A stretch of 60,740 bases of DNA, filler included, from 4 parts of 4 records of this genome joined end to end with filler, not necessarily neighbours in it; one strand, 5' to 3'; positions 11,401-22,082 are shown, counted from the whole stretch's first letter. Notes: generated by a model from the letters alone, not told the origin. A program made the numbers and translations.

Positions 11401-13917
11401 ACGCACGCCCTTGAACGACTGATAGAGCTGCGGTCGCAGCAACGCAAAGACCTCGATGACATCCGTCAACCGGCGGCACGGGATGTGGACTTGGTTGTTG
11501 ACCCAATCGAGCTCCCCGACCAGTACAGCCCCCACAAGGACTTGCCTGCGCCTGACAAGCTCGTCTCTGAGAGTAGCACCGAAGGGGTCGTCGACGACAT
11601 CCGCGAGCGCCCATTGAACACTCTCACTGGTTTGTTGGCTCGGGTTCTGCACGACCTTGCGTGACACTCACATGCTTGCACAGATCATGAAAGAGAGTGG
11701 CGGAGGAAGACTGAATTCGAGGAGCACTGGGCGTCCACGCCGTACTTCAAGCCAATAACGACCGCTGCCGGCCGTGTGATGCCAGAGCACCCGCTCACTC
11801 AGCTCGGTGAGCACAATCTCAACTATGATCTCGAGGCACAAGCCCTTGCCGCCGCCAAGACTGATGCCGAGGTATTCCGGTTCGAATGAGGTATTCCCTG
11901 ACGGTGGCTGACCTTGCTTGCAGCTTCGGATGAAACTACGAATGCAGGGGGAGGCGGAAAACGTAACGCGAGCTAATAAGACGGTGGCATCGAGCCCCAA
12001 GAAAAAGGTCTCGGGTATTCTGGCAGGTAAGTTATGGTTGAACCCTGAAGTACTCCCAAGCGGGGGGGTGGAGGGAGGGGGGATTTGAGTGGATTTTATG
12101 ACACATGCATGCAGACCCGAGTGAGAAGCACCGACAAGCCAGGAAGGCTTCGATGAAGGAAGCGGCCAACGCCGAGGCAGATGTAGGGACTCTTATCCCG
12201 TGCACTTTCCACGGTGTTACTGATGCTGATGGGTTAGGTTGCTGCCACGGGGGAAGCGGGCGCAGGGAGTGTCACTGCCGGGGCTTTCTCCTCCCTTCTG
12301 GCTAAGGGATGGGGTTATGAGAAGATGGACTACAAAGTTATCAATGTGGGCACCGGTGATGCCAGGCACAAGTTCAAGTACAGGGTAAGTACTACTGCAC
12401 CTTTGACGAGGGCATTCTGACGAAGACCAGTTTGATGATGGTGTTATGGGCCCGGCGCGTGCCTCGGTGGCTGAAAGGATCAGCAACATCAATGAACTGA
12501 CGAGGCCATCCACCGCCCCGTCATCAAGGTCTCCTCAGTACAAGGTTCATGGGACAAGCCTTCATCAGGCCGTGCAGTCGCCTGTGGAGACTGATGCCGA
12601 CAAAGATAGTGAGGAAGGCAGCCCCAAAAAGGTGGCGCGGCCACCCACGGGGTCGGTGCGCCGCATCAATGCGGGACCGCGGGCGATGCAGATCAGAGCC
12701 CAGGTAAGGATGATGACTTCTCCGGTGCCGAGGTGGCTCATGTGCTCATGCAGGAGGCTATTGAGCACGCCAAGGCCAAGTACACAGCACAACACCCCGA
12801 GATGGATACCTTTGTCAATCGTGTTTTCAAGGCCGGAGGGCGTCAGCCGTGTGAGGCATGTGTACACGACGATGTGCCGGGATTCCTTGAAGATCCGGAG
12901 GTACTGCGAGAACATAAACCTGTGGTACGTAATCGGATGTGATCCGGTGTATCTATCGTGACCCTGGTGGGCAGGAGCGCGATGATGGATGGGTCTTCAA
13001 GCCCAAGATCAACGGCGTCCGCCATTCACTGGAAGACTTTGATGGTAATAATGCCGCAAAGATGGCGAGTACGTTCAGGTAAGAACGTCTCAGTCGCTGA
13101 TGCAACGCTGCTCATCCATGGCTGCATAGGTCGTGTGAGATCTTTTTCTTGTATGTTTTGCGCAAGGGGACAACGGACCAGCGCCTCTGTGCCGCGGAGT
13201 GCATGCGGCGGCTGGATATATCCTCCTTCTACAAGGACTTGATTGCGACGCTCCGCGACCCCGAGCCCGCACTACGCTGCAAGATACTGGAGTGTTTGCG
13301 CGATATTCGCCAACCCAGTGACATCCGTTTCATGATAGCTGAGGTGGGCATTCTTTCAAGCTCTGTGATAATTTCTTCTGACGAAAACGAATCCAGGCTA
13401 GCGTACCTCTATTGAACGACGAGGAACCCACGGTGAGGGCGGTGGCTGCTGAGTGCCTGGCGGCGTGCGGATTCCCGGAATACGCCAAGGATATAGCCGC
13501 CCTCTTGACCACAGAGAGCAACTCGCGGGTGGTGCGTGGGGTCGTGGATGCGTTGTCCGTCCTAGGATGCGAGCAAGAGGACATTGCCAAGGCAATTCCT
13601 CTCTTGACGCGGCCGGCGTGCGGTGTGAGTGGCGCCGTAGAGAAGATGCTGGTGCGACTGGCGCCCAAGAACTTCCCTCTCTTCTATGATGAGGTAGTGG
13701 CTGAGTGCAAGGCGGCCATGGCGGCCAAGACGGTGGCACCGTGGAAGGTGGGTGTAACGAAGTGGAGGTGGGCCCGCGAACTGACACCACAGTGGTGCTT
13801 GGTGTCTAGGTGCAGGGAATTTTAGACCAGGTCCAAGAGGCAACGGTCAAGCTGCGCATCGGAAGCAGGACTCATCAGTACACACGCCAGGATTACGCCT
13901 CACAGGTCAAAGGGTGA
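8489..13917 (+). CDS. Large multi-exon protein (possibly two genes): low-complexity middle, C-terminal HEAT/ARM-like repeats
   Basis: Successive + strand ORFs are linked by short introns. HEAT-like segments include LRDPEPALRCKILECL, LNDEEPTVRAVAAECL and TESNSRVVRGVVDAL. Last exon GILDQVQ...SQVKG ends at TGA 13915-13917. Confidence 0.55.
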
Positions 13918-14101
13918 CAACACAAGATAAACAAGCACTAACAGGAGATAACACCGGCGAATGGCTGACAAAATTGTTATTAATCCTCCCTTGCATTCAG
14001 CAGCGTCTCAACCAGCTTCATCTTCTATCAATCGTTCCATCAGCTCCAGTCATGCGGCTCCACCAAATTCGAGATCTATAAGGTTGCGAAGGCGGGGCCT
14101 C

Positions 14102-14870
14102 TTACATGGTAAGCTCCATGATGGCGTTGACAATATCACCGTTGTTAGCCTTGATGGCCTTGACGGCCTTGGCGCGGGTGACACCGGACTGGGACATGAC
14201 GAGCTCAATGTCCTTGGCCTCAACACCGGTCTCATCAACCTCGCCATCATCACCCTCATCAGCCTTGGCCTTGGCACCGTCGGCGGCGGCCTTGGGGGCC
14301 TCGTCGCCAGCGGCGGCGGCAAGCTTGGAGGCGGCCTCCTGGGCGGCACGCTGGTTCATGTCCTCGATCTTGGCCTCACCGAAGATGACGTAGGTGTCAG
14401 AGGCAGGGGACTTGTACACCTCGGGGTTCTCGATGTTGAACAAGAGCTGCAGACGACCCCGTCAGCCCCAGTCACAACGCGGATCCTTACAAACACATAT
14501 CTCCCCCAGCCCTCCTCTCATAATTAATCTCATAATTCTCCCCGCTCCGTAAAGCATAACCAAGACAACTAACACGCCATATGCAAAGTCACTTACACCG
14601 CGGCCCTTCTTGATGGAGACACGGAGAACACCAGGGTAGGACTTCATGCCAAGCTTGAGGAGGGCCTTGCGGGCCTTCTTCTCACCACGGCTCTGCACGC
14701 GACCAGTCAGCACACGCACGCCTCCTGTGGGACGATACTAAATCACACACCTGCTTGGATCCGTCCTCACCCTCGGCACCAGCCTCGGGGGCACCCTCCT
14801 CCAATCCGGGCATCTCGTCGTCAGAGGAAGACTCCTCGTGCTCCTCAACCTTGGGGTTCTTGTCGGCCAT
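14102..14870 (-). CDS. NACA: Nascent polypeptide-associated complex alpha subunit (3 coding exons: 14870-14751, 14692-14597, 14446-14102)
   Basis: Motifs QSRGEKKARKALLKLGMK and NPEVYKSPASDTYVIFGEAKIED, plus the UBA tail DIELVMSQ...DIVNAIMELTM. Introns at 14693-14750 and 14447-14596; a further 5'UTR intron at 14882-14938. Confidence 0.95.
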
Positions 14871-15000
14871 TTTTTAACTATCTATTGCTTCAGGTTAGGA
14901 CAACCACAAAATAGCGCACTGAGTATAGAGTGACTCACCTGGGAGTATTACACTGACGAATACAAATTGTAGCTGTTCATATATAAAATTGAAACGCTGG

Positions 15001-15029
15001 TCCATCCATCCGTCCATCCATCCATCCAT
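15001..15029. repeat. (TCCA)n microsatellite at contig end
   Basis: tccatccatccgtccatccatccatccat runs directly into the N linker. Confidence 0.9.
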
Positions 15030-15129
15030 NNNNNNNNNNNNNNNNNNNNNNNNNNNNNNNNNNNNNNNNNNNNTTAATTAATTAANNNNNNNNNNNNNNN
15101 NNNNNNNNNNNNNNNNNNNNNNNNNNNNN
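15030..15129. other. Artificial contig linker
   Basis: N44-TTAATTAATTAA-N44 (stops in all six frames). Composition switches from eukaryotic GC-rich to bacterial AT-rich. Confidence 0.98.
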
Positions 15130-15188
15130 CACGCTAGACTTAGGATCTAGTGCCGCGAGGTGTGTGGGTTCGAGTCCCTCCATCCGCA
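15130..15188 (+). tRNA. tRNA-Leu(TAG), 5'-truncated
   Basis: Anticodon arm CTAGA-CTTAGGA-TCTAG, long variable arm, T arm GGGTTCGAGTCCC, acceptor 3' strand CATCCGCA. Confidence 0.9.
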
Positions 15189-15257
15189 CAAAAAAAAGAA
15201 TGGTGTAAGATGACTTATGCCATTTTTTGTTTGGAATTAACGTAAAACAAAAGTAAA

Positions 15258-16610
15258 ATGAATGTTGTTCGTGAAGACGTGGATGCTTTAAATGCATTGT
15301 TGAAAGTTCAGGTTCAGCCTGAGGATTACCAAGTTAAGGTAAAAGAAACGCTAAATAAATACAGAAAGACGGCTAAAATTCCTGGATTCCGTCCTGGAAA
15401 TGTTCCTTTCGGTTTAATCGAAAAGCAGTACGGTAAGTCTGTGTTGGTTGAAGAGCTTAACAAAGTGATCAACGAAGGTATTCAAGCGTATCTTTCAGAA
15501 AACAAGGTAGAAGTTCTAGGAAATCCTATTCCAAAAGAAGGAGTAGAGGTAGAAGGTGACTTCAACAAACCTGCTGAGTTCAAATTTACGTACGAAATTG
15601 GATTGGCTCCGAAAGTAGAAGTTAAATTGTCTAACAAAGACAAATACGATTATTTAAAAGTAAAAGTTGACGGAGACTTAATCGGAAAGCAAATTGAAGA
15701 TCTTAGACGTCGTTACGGGAAATTAGTTTCTAGTGATGCAGTTGGAGAAAGCGACATGATTATGGCGCAATTTGTTGAGTTAAACGACGACGAATCAATC
15801 AAAGAAGGAGGAATTCTTCATTCATCAACAGTTTCAATGGAATTGGTGAAAGATGAGGCAACAAAGAAAAGCTTCCTTGGTAAAAAGATTGGCGATAAAG
15901 TAATTGCTTCTCCTTTAAATGTTTCTCGTGGTGGAAAAGATACGGCTTCAATGCTAGGAATCGACGAAGCTATTCTTGAAACTGTTTCGGATAAATTCCA
16001 ACTGACAATCAATGAGATCAAAGCAATGGAATTGGCTGAGTTGAACCAAGAATTGTTTGACAAATTATTCGGTGAAGGAACAATTTCTTCAGAAAAAGAA
16101 TTGAAAGATCGCGTGAAAACGGATTTGGAAGGAATGTTTGTGAACGATTCAGACCGTATTTTAACAAGAGACGTTTACGAAAATCTTGTTGAAAACACGA
16201 AAGTCGATCTACCAGATGGTTTCTTGAAGCGTTGGATTAAAATCTCGAATGAGAAAGAAGTCACAATGGAGCAAATCGAAGCGGATTACGATAATTATGC
16301 GAAAAGCTTGAAATGGCAATTGATCCAAGGAAATATTTTCAAAGCGAACGAAATTAAATTGGAGAACGAAGAAGTAATCGACTTCACAAAAGGATTGTTG
16401 GTAAGCAATTATGCACAATACGGAATGCCAGCACCAGAAGATGCTGAGTTAACAGCTTCTGCAATGCAAGTGTTGCAAAACCGTGAAGAAGCAAATCGTG
16501 TGTACGATATGTTGGCTGAACGCAAATTGACGAACTTCTTCAAAAGCACAGTTAAATTAAACGAAAAAGAAATTTCTTACGATGATTTCGTTGCTATTGC
16601 TTCGAAGTAG
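15258..16610 (+). CDS. tig: Trigger factor
   Basis: Ribosome-binding signature IPGFRPGNVP; 450 aa; follows tRNA-Leu. Confidence 0.95.
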   Translation: MNVVREDVDALNALLKVQVQPEDYQVKVKETLNKYRKTAKIPGFRPGNVPFGLIEKQYGKSVLVEELNKVINEGIQAYLSENKVEVLGNPIPKEGVEVEGDFNKPAEFKFTYEIGLAPKVEVKLSNKDKYDYLKVKVDGDLIGKQIEDLRRRYGKLVSSDAVGESDMIMAQFVELNDDESIKEGGILHSSTVSMELVKDEATKKSFLGKKIGDKVIASPLNVSRGGKDTASMLGIDEAILETVSDKFQLTINEIKAMELAELNQELFDKLFGEGTISSEKELKDRVKTDLEGMFVNDSDRILTRDVYENLVENTKVDLPDGFLKRWIKISNEKEVTMEQIEADYDNYAKSLKWQLIQGNIFKANEIKLENEEVIDFTKGLLVSNYAQYGMPAPEDAELTASAMQVLQNREEANRVYDMLAERKLTNFFKSTVKLNEKEISYDDFVAIASK

Positions 16611-16633
16611 AACAGAAATTTTTCAATGATATG

Positions 16634-16666
16634 AAATCCCATTCGAGCTTCGAGTGGGATTTTTTT
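16634..16666 (+). terminator. Rho-independent terminator after tig
   Basis: AAATCCCATTCGA-GCT-TCGAGTGGGATTT followed by a T run. Confidence 0.85.
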
Positions 16667-16697
16667 GTGGGGTAGATCGTCATCCAAACAAAATAGC

Positions 16698-16729
16698 TAA
16701 CTTTGATAGTATCAAATGATAGTATCAAA
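16698..16729 (+). promoter_or_regulatory. Bacteroidota -7 promoter (TAACTTTG) overlapped by tandem palindromic operator TGATAGTATCA x2
   Basis: Copies at 16704-16714 and 16717-16727, immediately before ATG 16730. Confidence 0.7.
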
Positions 16730-17692
16730 ATGACACCTCCATACGAAGTCACTCATCAAATTCTAAAATTGATTAGCTCAATATCTGAGAAAATCGGACA
16801 AATAAATGCCAAGTTTTTAAATAGACCATCTCCAAAACTTAGAAAGGAAAACCGAATTAAAACCATTCATTCATCGCTGAGCATAGAAGGTAATACGCTC
16901 ACAGAAGAGCAAATAACCGCTTTATTGGATAATAAAAGAATCGTTGGTCCTATTAGAGATGTCACGGAGGTTATGAACGCCATAAAAGTTTATAGCAACT
17001 TGAGTTCTTATGATCCATTCTCTCAAAGTTCATTTTTAGAAGCGCATAAAGAAATGATGGAAGGATTAATCAATTCCGCTGGAGAGTATAGAAGAAAGGG
17101 AGTTGGGATCGTAAAAGGGGATAAAGTAGTGCACATGTCGCCTCCTGCAGACAGGGTGGCATTCCTTATGTCGGATTTGTTCGACTATCTTCAGAATTCA
17201 GAAGAAATCGAGCTCATAAAAAGTTGTGTTTTTCACTACGAGATGGAATTTATTCACCCATTTGACGACGGAAACGGTCGAATGGGAAGACTTTGGCAAT
17301 CGTTAATACTCATGGAATCTTTTCCTGTGTTTGAATTTATTCCATTTGAAAGTCTTATTAGTAGTGGACAAAGTGAGTATTATGCCGCCTTAGCTGAAAG
17401 TGATAAACAAGGAAAATCAACACCTTTCATTACCTACATGCTGGCAACTATTGATCAATCGCTGTATGAAATGTTGAATTTCAAGAGTAGAATAATGACA
17501 TCTGAGGATAGAATTATGTATTTCTCGGAGATTACTAGCGATTTTTTTACGCGTAAGAATTATATGTTCACTTTCACAGATATCTCTTCGGCAACAGCTA
17601 GTAGAGACCTAAAACTTGGAGTGCAACTTGGAATCTTTGTAAAAGAGGGCGACAAGAAAAATACTACTTATTCTTTGAGAGGTAAATCATAG
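16730..17692 (+). CDS. Fic family protein with C-terminal winged HTH
   Basis: Fic motif HPFDDGNGRMGR, inhibitory motif SLSIEGN, C-terminal ISSATASRDL HTH. Confidence 0.92.
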   Translation: MTPPYEVTHQILKLISSISEKIGQINAKFLNRPSPKLRKENRIKTIHSSLSIEGNTLTEEQITALLDNKRIVGPIRDVTEVMNAIKVYSNLSSYDPFSQSSFLEAHKEMMEGLINSAGEYRRKGVGIVKGDKVVHMSPPADRVAFLMSDLFDYLQNSEEIELIKSCVFHYEMEFIHPFDDGNGRMGRLWQSLILMESFPVFEFIPFESLISSGQSEYYAALAESDKQGKSTPFITYMLATIDQSLYEMLNFKSRIMTSEDRIMYFSEITSDFFTRKNYMFTFTDISSATASRDLKLGVQLGIFVKEGDKKNTTYSLRGKS

Positions 17693-17719
17693 TCGTTTTC
17701 GAGAAAGTGGTCATAGAAT

Positions 17720-17752
17720 AAAAAAGGCCTTGACAGTAATCGTCAAGGCTTT
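17720..17752. terminator. Hairpin terminator between convergent genes
   Basis: AAAAAAGGCCTTGAC-AGTAATC-GTCAAGGCTTT. Confidence 0.75.
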
Positions 17753-17773
17753 AAATTGCTGATAATCAACGAA

Positions 17774-18055
17774 CTATTCTACTGTAATGCAACCATCTTT
17801 GATTGTTACCTTCGCTCCGTCTTTAACTTTAACCCATCCGCAAGAAGTTTTAATTTCCACTACAGATGCGCTCGTTTGGATAGAAGTAGACCCAGACGTA
17901 GAACTATTAAATTCTACTTTTTGAGTAGAGCCGTTCGATCTAACTTCCATTGTATGTTTTTTAGAATCTTTGTTGTAGTACTTGATTGTGAATGCACTTG
18001 CTACGTTCGCTAGAAAAATAAAAGCCAACGATAAAAACATCATTTTTAATTTCAT
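17774..18055 (-). CDS. Small secreted hypothetical protein (93 aa)
   Basis: Signal peptide ending ASA; beta-rich mature part with two Cys. Confidence 0.75.
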   Translation of the reverse strand: MKLKMMFLSLAFIFLANVASAFTIKYYNKDSKKHTMEVRSNGSTQKVEFNSSTSGSTSIQTSASVVEIKTSCGWVKVKDGAKVTIKDGCITVE

Positions 18056-18260
18056 AATTTTTGATTTATAGGTGTGTTGATTGAATGTAAATATATGAAT
18101 ATTACACTCTTCTTCATTGTTTTCATGAAATGAATAACTATAATTGATTCCTACTTTAGAAGAAGTGTTGCCAATTTACAAAGGGAGATGTAAACGTCTC
18201 ATTTTAGTCCGTTTATAGTATAGGGTTTTGTGCTGAGGTCAACATGTTTTAAGGAAAACA

Positions 18261-19067
18261 ATGAACAAACTAGAAACAGGCGAATTTTACGGAACGCATT
18301 ACCAAAAGTCAAGTTATGATAATATCATTCTGACGGATACCATGTACACCGAGAGCCGAGTTGATTGGCACTATCACGAAAATGCCTATTTCACATACCT
18401 TCTTCAAGGGAAATTATTTGAGTATGATAAGAAAAAAACGCACCTTTTAGCACCTGGAAGTTTATTATTTCATAATTGGCAAGACGCTCATTACAACATC
18501 AAACCGCCAGAAACAACACGAGGTTTTCATATTGAGATTAAAGAAGATTGGTTTTCAAAATATGACGTTTCGACAGCAGTTGCAGAAGGCAGCGTTGACT
18601 TAAAAAGCCCGTTGGTGAAGAGTTTAATGAATAAACTATTCGTTGAATCTAAAACGAATGATCAGTACTCAAAAATGAGCATAGAAACACTTTTGTTAGA
18701 TGTTTTCGGAACGATTCAGGAAGAGGGAGAGATGTCTGCGAAGAAACCTTTCTGGGTGAGTAAGCTTCAAGCACTAATTTTAGAGGAAGAAATCGATTAC
18801 TCGCTGAAAAATTTAAGCGCCATTTTAGAAATCCACCCAATTCATTTGTCCAGAGAATTTAGCAGGTATTTTGGGACCAGTCTTGGAAACTACATTCGAT
18901 TGCTAAAACTCAATAAGGCATTCCACTTGCTGACAACCAAGCAATTTTCCATGACAGAAATTTGCTATCGATGCGGTTTTTATGATCAAAGCCATTTTAT
19001 CTCCAATTTTAAACGAGTATATCATAGAACTCCAACAAAACTGCTCCGCGAAATAGAGGGACGTTAA
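18261..19067 (+). CDS. AraC family transcriptional regulator
   Basis: Cupin N-terminus (WHYHENAYF) and C-terminal CGFYDQSHFISNFKR. Confidence 0.92.
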   Translation: MNKLETGEFYGTHYQKSSYDNIILTDTMYTESRVDWHYHENAYFTYLLQGKLFEYDKKKTHLLAPGSLLFHNWQDAHYNIKPPETTRGFHIEIKEDWFSKYDVSTAVAEGSVDLKSPLVKSLMNKLFVESKTNDQYSKMSIETLLLDVFGTIQEEGEMSAKKPFWVSKLQALILEEEIDYSLKNLSAILEIHPIHLSREFSRYFGTSLGNYIRLLKLNKAFHLLTTKQFSMTEICYRCGFYDQSHFISNFKRVYHRTPTKLLREIEGR

Positions 19068-19128
19068 TTTTATACAATTCTCGTAAGAGTTAAAACCTAA
19101 ACTTTACCGTTTCTCTAAAATCAGTTAA

Positions 19129-20784
19129 ATGAGACTTCAATACATTCTATTTTGCTTTTTCACAGTTGTCACTTTTGGCTTTTACGCCCAAGATATGGAG
19201 ACCTACACGGACGGTTGGGAAGGAACGATTCACAACTCAAGAATATTCAGTTTAAACATCGAAATAGAAAACTTCGGAGAAGAGAATGCAAGTTTAACGA
19301 TCTCAAATGCGGAGAATACTACGAGTTATCCGATTCAACAGATTGAAAAAGATGAAATTAATGCAGTGTTTGGAGGTGATTTACTTTTTGAAGGGGTTCT
19401 ATCAGAAACAGGAAGTGAAGTCAACGGATTCATAAAATCTGGATTGCTTCTTTATCACGTAAAATTGCTAAAATCAACGACAAATTCGTTTGTTGGAACG
19501 TGGAATTTGCTAATGGTTGACGAACTGAAATCGCCCCGCTTTTATTTAAGTGTTGAGAACGGTTCGAAAGATAATTACGAAGCGTATCCCATTTTTGGAG
19601 ATGACCGATTTACAGGAACGTGGTGCGATAATTTTCAAAAAGAGAATGAACAAATCTCATTTACAGATTTCAAAACGGGACTGCAGTTCAAAGGCAAATT
19701 GCTTTCTGAGAAAATTCAATTGGAGATGTATGCAGGTGATTTTTTGATTACTCAACTTGTGTTAAAAAGATCAGAAGTAGATTGGGAAATTGGTGGTTTT
19801 AGTTCGTCGAACGAGGCGTTTGAACTTCAGTTGAGTGAAATGGAATTACTCATTTCTAACAAATCACTTCCCAATACACATTCCGTTTTGATTTCGAGAA
19901 AAGGGGAGTTGATTTATGAGAAATACTTTGACGGTTACCAAGTAAATCTCCCACATGACATGCGCTCCGCATCTAAAAGTATTTCGTCAGCAATTGTCGG
20001 AATAGCAAAGGACAATGCGCTGTTTAGCAATGTTGAGCAGTCCATTTTTGATTTTCTTCCAGAGAAATACCTCGTTTACAAGGATAGCATGAAGTCGAAA
20101 ATTGACATTCAAAGTCTGTTGACAATGAGTTCAGGATTGGACGCCATTGATTACGGAATTAACGCGAATCCCAAATCTCCCGCGGTGGAAGATAATTATC
20201 AACGAACAAAAGACTGGACAGAAACGATCTTAAATTCTCCGATGATTCACGCTCCGAACACAAAGGCGAATTATGGCTCTGCGAATCCATATTTACTGGG
20301 AATTGCTGTCGATTCAATGGTAACCGAGCCGTTGGAGTTATTCATGGACGAAAAATTGTTTCAAAAACTGGAAATCACGAATTATATTATCCAAACAGAT
20401 TTGAAAGGGAGTCCATATTTTGGCGGAGGAATGTATTTGACGCCAAGAGATATGTTGAAATTTGGAGAACTCTATTTGAACAAGGGAAAGCATGGAAAGA
20501 AGCGCGTTTTATCCAAGAAATGGATTAAAGCGTCATTAAAAAATTACCGTGTTCTGGAGAATACAAAAGATAAGAATGGCTACGGATATCTTTGGTGGCA
20601 TGGCTCTTATCAGGTTGGTAAGAAAACCATTGAAACGCTTGAAGCTCGAGGCGCAGGAGGACAATACATTTTTGTAGTTCCCAGTCTCAACATAGTAGCT
20701 GTGATTACTTCAGGAAATTTTCAGAACGGAAAGACGCAGCAACCAGAGGCTATTTTTCAGAAATACATTTTACCTCATCTGTAG
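19129..20784 (+). CDS. Exported serine hydrolase (beta-lactamase class C-like) with extra N-terminal domain
   Basis: Signal peptide; SxxK motif (SASK), LLTMSSG, ARGAGGQY. Confidence 0.88.
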   Translation: MRLQYILFCFFTVVTFGFYAQDMETYTDGWEGTIHNSRIFSLNIEIENFGEENASLTISNAENTTSYPIQQIEKDEINAVFGGDLLFEGVLSETGSEVNGFIKSGLLLYHVKLLKSTTNSFVGTWNLLMVDELKSPRFYLSVENGSKDNYEAYPIFGDDRFTGTWCDNFQKENEQISFTDFKTGLQFKGKLLSEKIQLEMYAGDFLITQLVLKRSEVDWEIGGFSSSNEAFELQLSEMELLISNKSLPNTHSVLISRKGELIYEKYFDGYQVNLPHDMRSASKSISSAIVGIAKDNALFSNVEQSIFDFLPEKYLVYKDSMKSKIDIQSLLTMSSGLDAIDYGINANPKSPAVEDNYQRTKDWTETILNSPMIHAPNTKANYGSANPYLLGIAVDSMVTEPLELFMDEKLFQKLEITNYIIQTDLKGSPYFGGGMYLTPRDMLKFGELYLNKGKHGKKRVLSKKWIKASLKNYRVLENTKDKNGYGYLWWHGSYQVGKKTIETLEARGAGGQYIFVVPSLNIVAVITSGNFQNGKTQQPEAIFQKYILPHL

Positions 20785-20828
20785 ACTAGAAACCGACGGA
20801 TTTTAGAAAAAAAATCAATTTTAATTTG

Positions 20829-20872
20829 TGCAGTTAAATGATTGCGTATATATTTGCAGTCAAATAACTGCA
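20829..20872 (+). promoter_or_regulatory. Paired imperfect inverted-repeat operators flanking -7 promoter TATATTTG
   Basis: TGCAGTTAAATGATTGCG (20829-20846) and TGCAGTCAAATAACTGCA (20855-20872) lie directly upstream of the ArsR gene. Confidence 0.65.
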
Positions 20873-20874
20873 TA

Positions 20875-21198
20875 ATGAAATTACGAAGAGATGTATTTCA
20901 AGCCATTGCCGATCCAACGCGAAGAATGATTATTTCGCTGGTTGCGCTTCAGGCTATGACTCCAACAGCAATTGCCGAGAATTTTGATTCTTCCAGACAA
21001 ACCATTTCAAAACATATTCAGATTCTTACGGAGTGCGACATTCTGGTACAAGAGCAAACTGGCCGAGAAATTTATTATCAGCTTAATCCGAACGGAATGA
21101 AAGAAATAGCTGATTTTATTGAGCCGTTCAGAAAAATGTGGGATGACCGATTTGATAAATTGGAAGAAGCCATGAAAAAACATCAATCGAAAAAATAG
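20875..21198 (+). CDS. ArsR/SmtB family regulator
   Basis: [12 protein letters not shown]...[12 protein letters not shown]. Confidence 0.92.
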   Translation: MKLRRDVFQAIADPTRRMIISLVALQAMTPTAIAENFDSSRQTISKHIQILTECDILVQEQTGREIYYQLNPNGMKEIADFIEPFRKMWDDRFDKLEEAMKKHQSKK

Positions 21199-21202
21199 CC
21201 AG

Positions 21203-21661
21203 ATGGAACAAAAAACAAAAGTCAACGCGGAAGACGGGAAGCAAGAGGTGCTGATCACCCGAGAATTTAATTTACCCGTAGAATTACTTTTTACAGCCTA
21301 CGTAGAACCAGAAATTGTGGAACAATGGATGGGAACGAAAGTGGTGAAACTAGAAAGCAGACGTCACGGAAGTTACCAATTCGTAACCACTGATCCGATG
21401 GGAAACAAGCACGGATTCAATGGCGTTATTCATGAGTTCTTAGTAAATCAAAGAATAACGAGAACGTTTGAAATGGAGAATGCACCTTACCCAGTTCAAT
21501 TGGAATACCTCGAATTTGAACCACTCACGGAAACTACGAGTAGACTCAATATGAAAGTGATCTATAAATCCGTTGCCGATCGCGACGAAATCCTAAAATT
21601 GCCTTTCGCATTTGGAATAAATAGAGCACACGACAAATTAGAAGAAGTTTTAACCAGATAA
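21203..21661 (+). CDS. SRPBCC (AHSA1-like) domain protein
   Basis: ITREFNLPVELLFTAY..PEIVEQW; usual ArsR partner. Confidence 0.88.
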   Translation: MEQKTKVNAEDGKQEVLITREFNLPVELLFTAYVEPEIVEQWMGTKVVKLESRRHGSYQFVTTDPMGNKHGFNGVIHEFLVNQRITRTFEMENAPYPVQLEYLEFEPLTETTSRLNMKVIYKSVADRDEILKLPFAFGINRAHDKLEEVLTR

Positions 21662-21672
21662 ATCAACGTAAT

Positions 21673-22077
21673 ATGACAAAGGAAATCTCAAATACTGGAC
21701 GAACAGGCAAAATCATTTATTGGATCACCACAGCACTTTTGTCTTTTGGAATGCTCGGGAGTGGAATCTCACAAATCCTTCATTTGGAAGAGATGAACGA
21801 ACTGATCACTCATGTTGGTTACCCACTTTACTTCATGTACATCATTGGCGTTTGGAAAGTACTTGGCGTAATAGCGATATTAATTCCAAAGAATGCGTTG
21901 CTAAAAGAATGGGCTTACGCAGGTTTCTTCTTTTTACTGACGGGTGCTTTATTTTCACATTTGGCGATCGGAGATGTTGGAAGTGCAATCTTTGGACCTG
22001 TTTTTCAAACAATTTTCTTAGTGTCATCTTGGTATTTTAGACCATCTAACCGAAAACTTAAGCTCGCTAAAAACTAG
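21673..22077 (+). CDS. DoxX-like membrane protein
   Basis: GYPLYF...GVWKVLG...LKEWAYAGF. Confidence 0.88.
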   Translation: MTKEISNTGRTGKIIYWITTALLSFGMLGSGISQILHLEEMNELITHVGYPLYFMYIIGVWKVLGVIAILIPKNALLKEWAYAGFFFLLTGALFSHLAIGDVGSAIFGPVFQTIFLVSSWYFRPSNRKLKLAKN

Positions 22078-22082
22078 ATTAT

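Noticed and set aside
13961-14527. 188-aa plus-strand ORF
   Set aside because: It is the antisense shadow of the strongly codon-biased NAC-alpha exon.
15030-15129. Recurrent TTAATTAATTAA palindrome as a biological element
   Set aside because: It is always centred in 44+44 Ns, which marks it as an artificial all-frame-stop linker.
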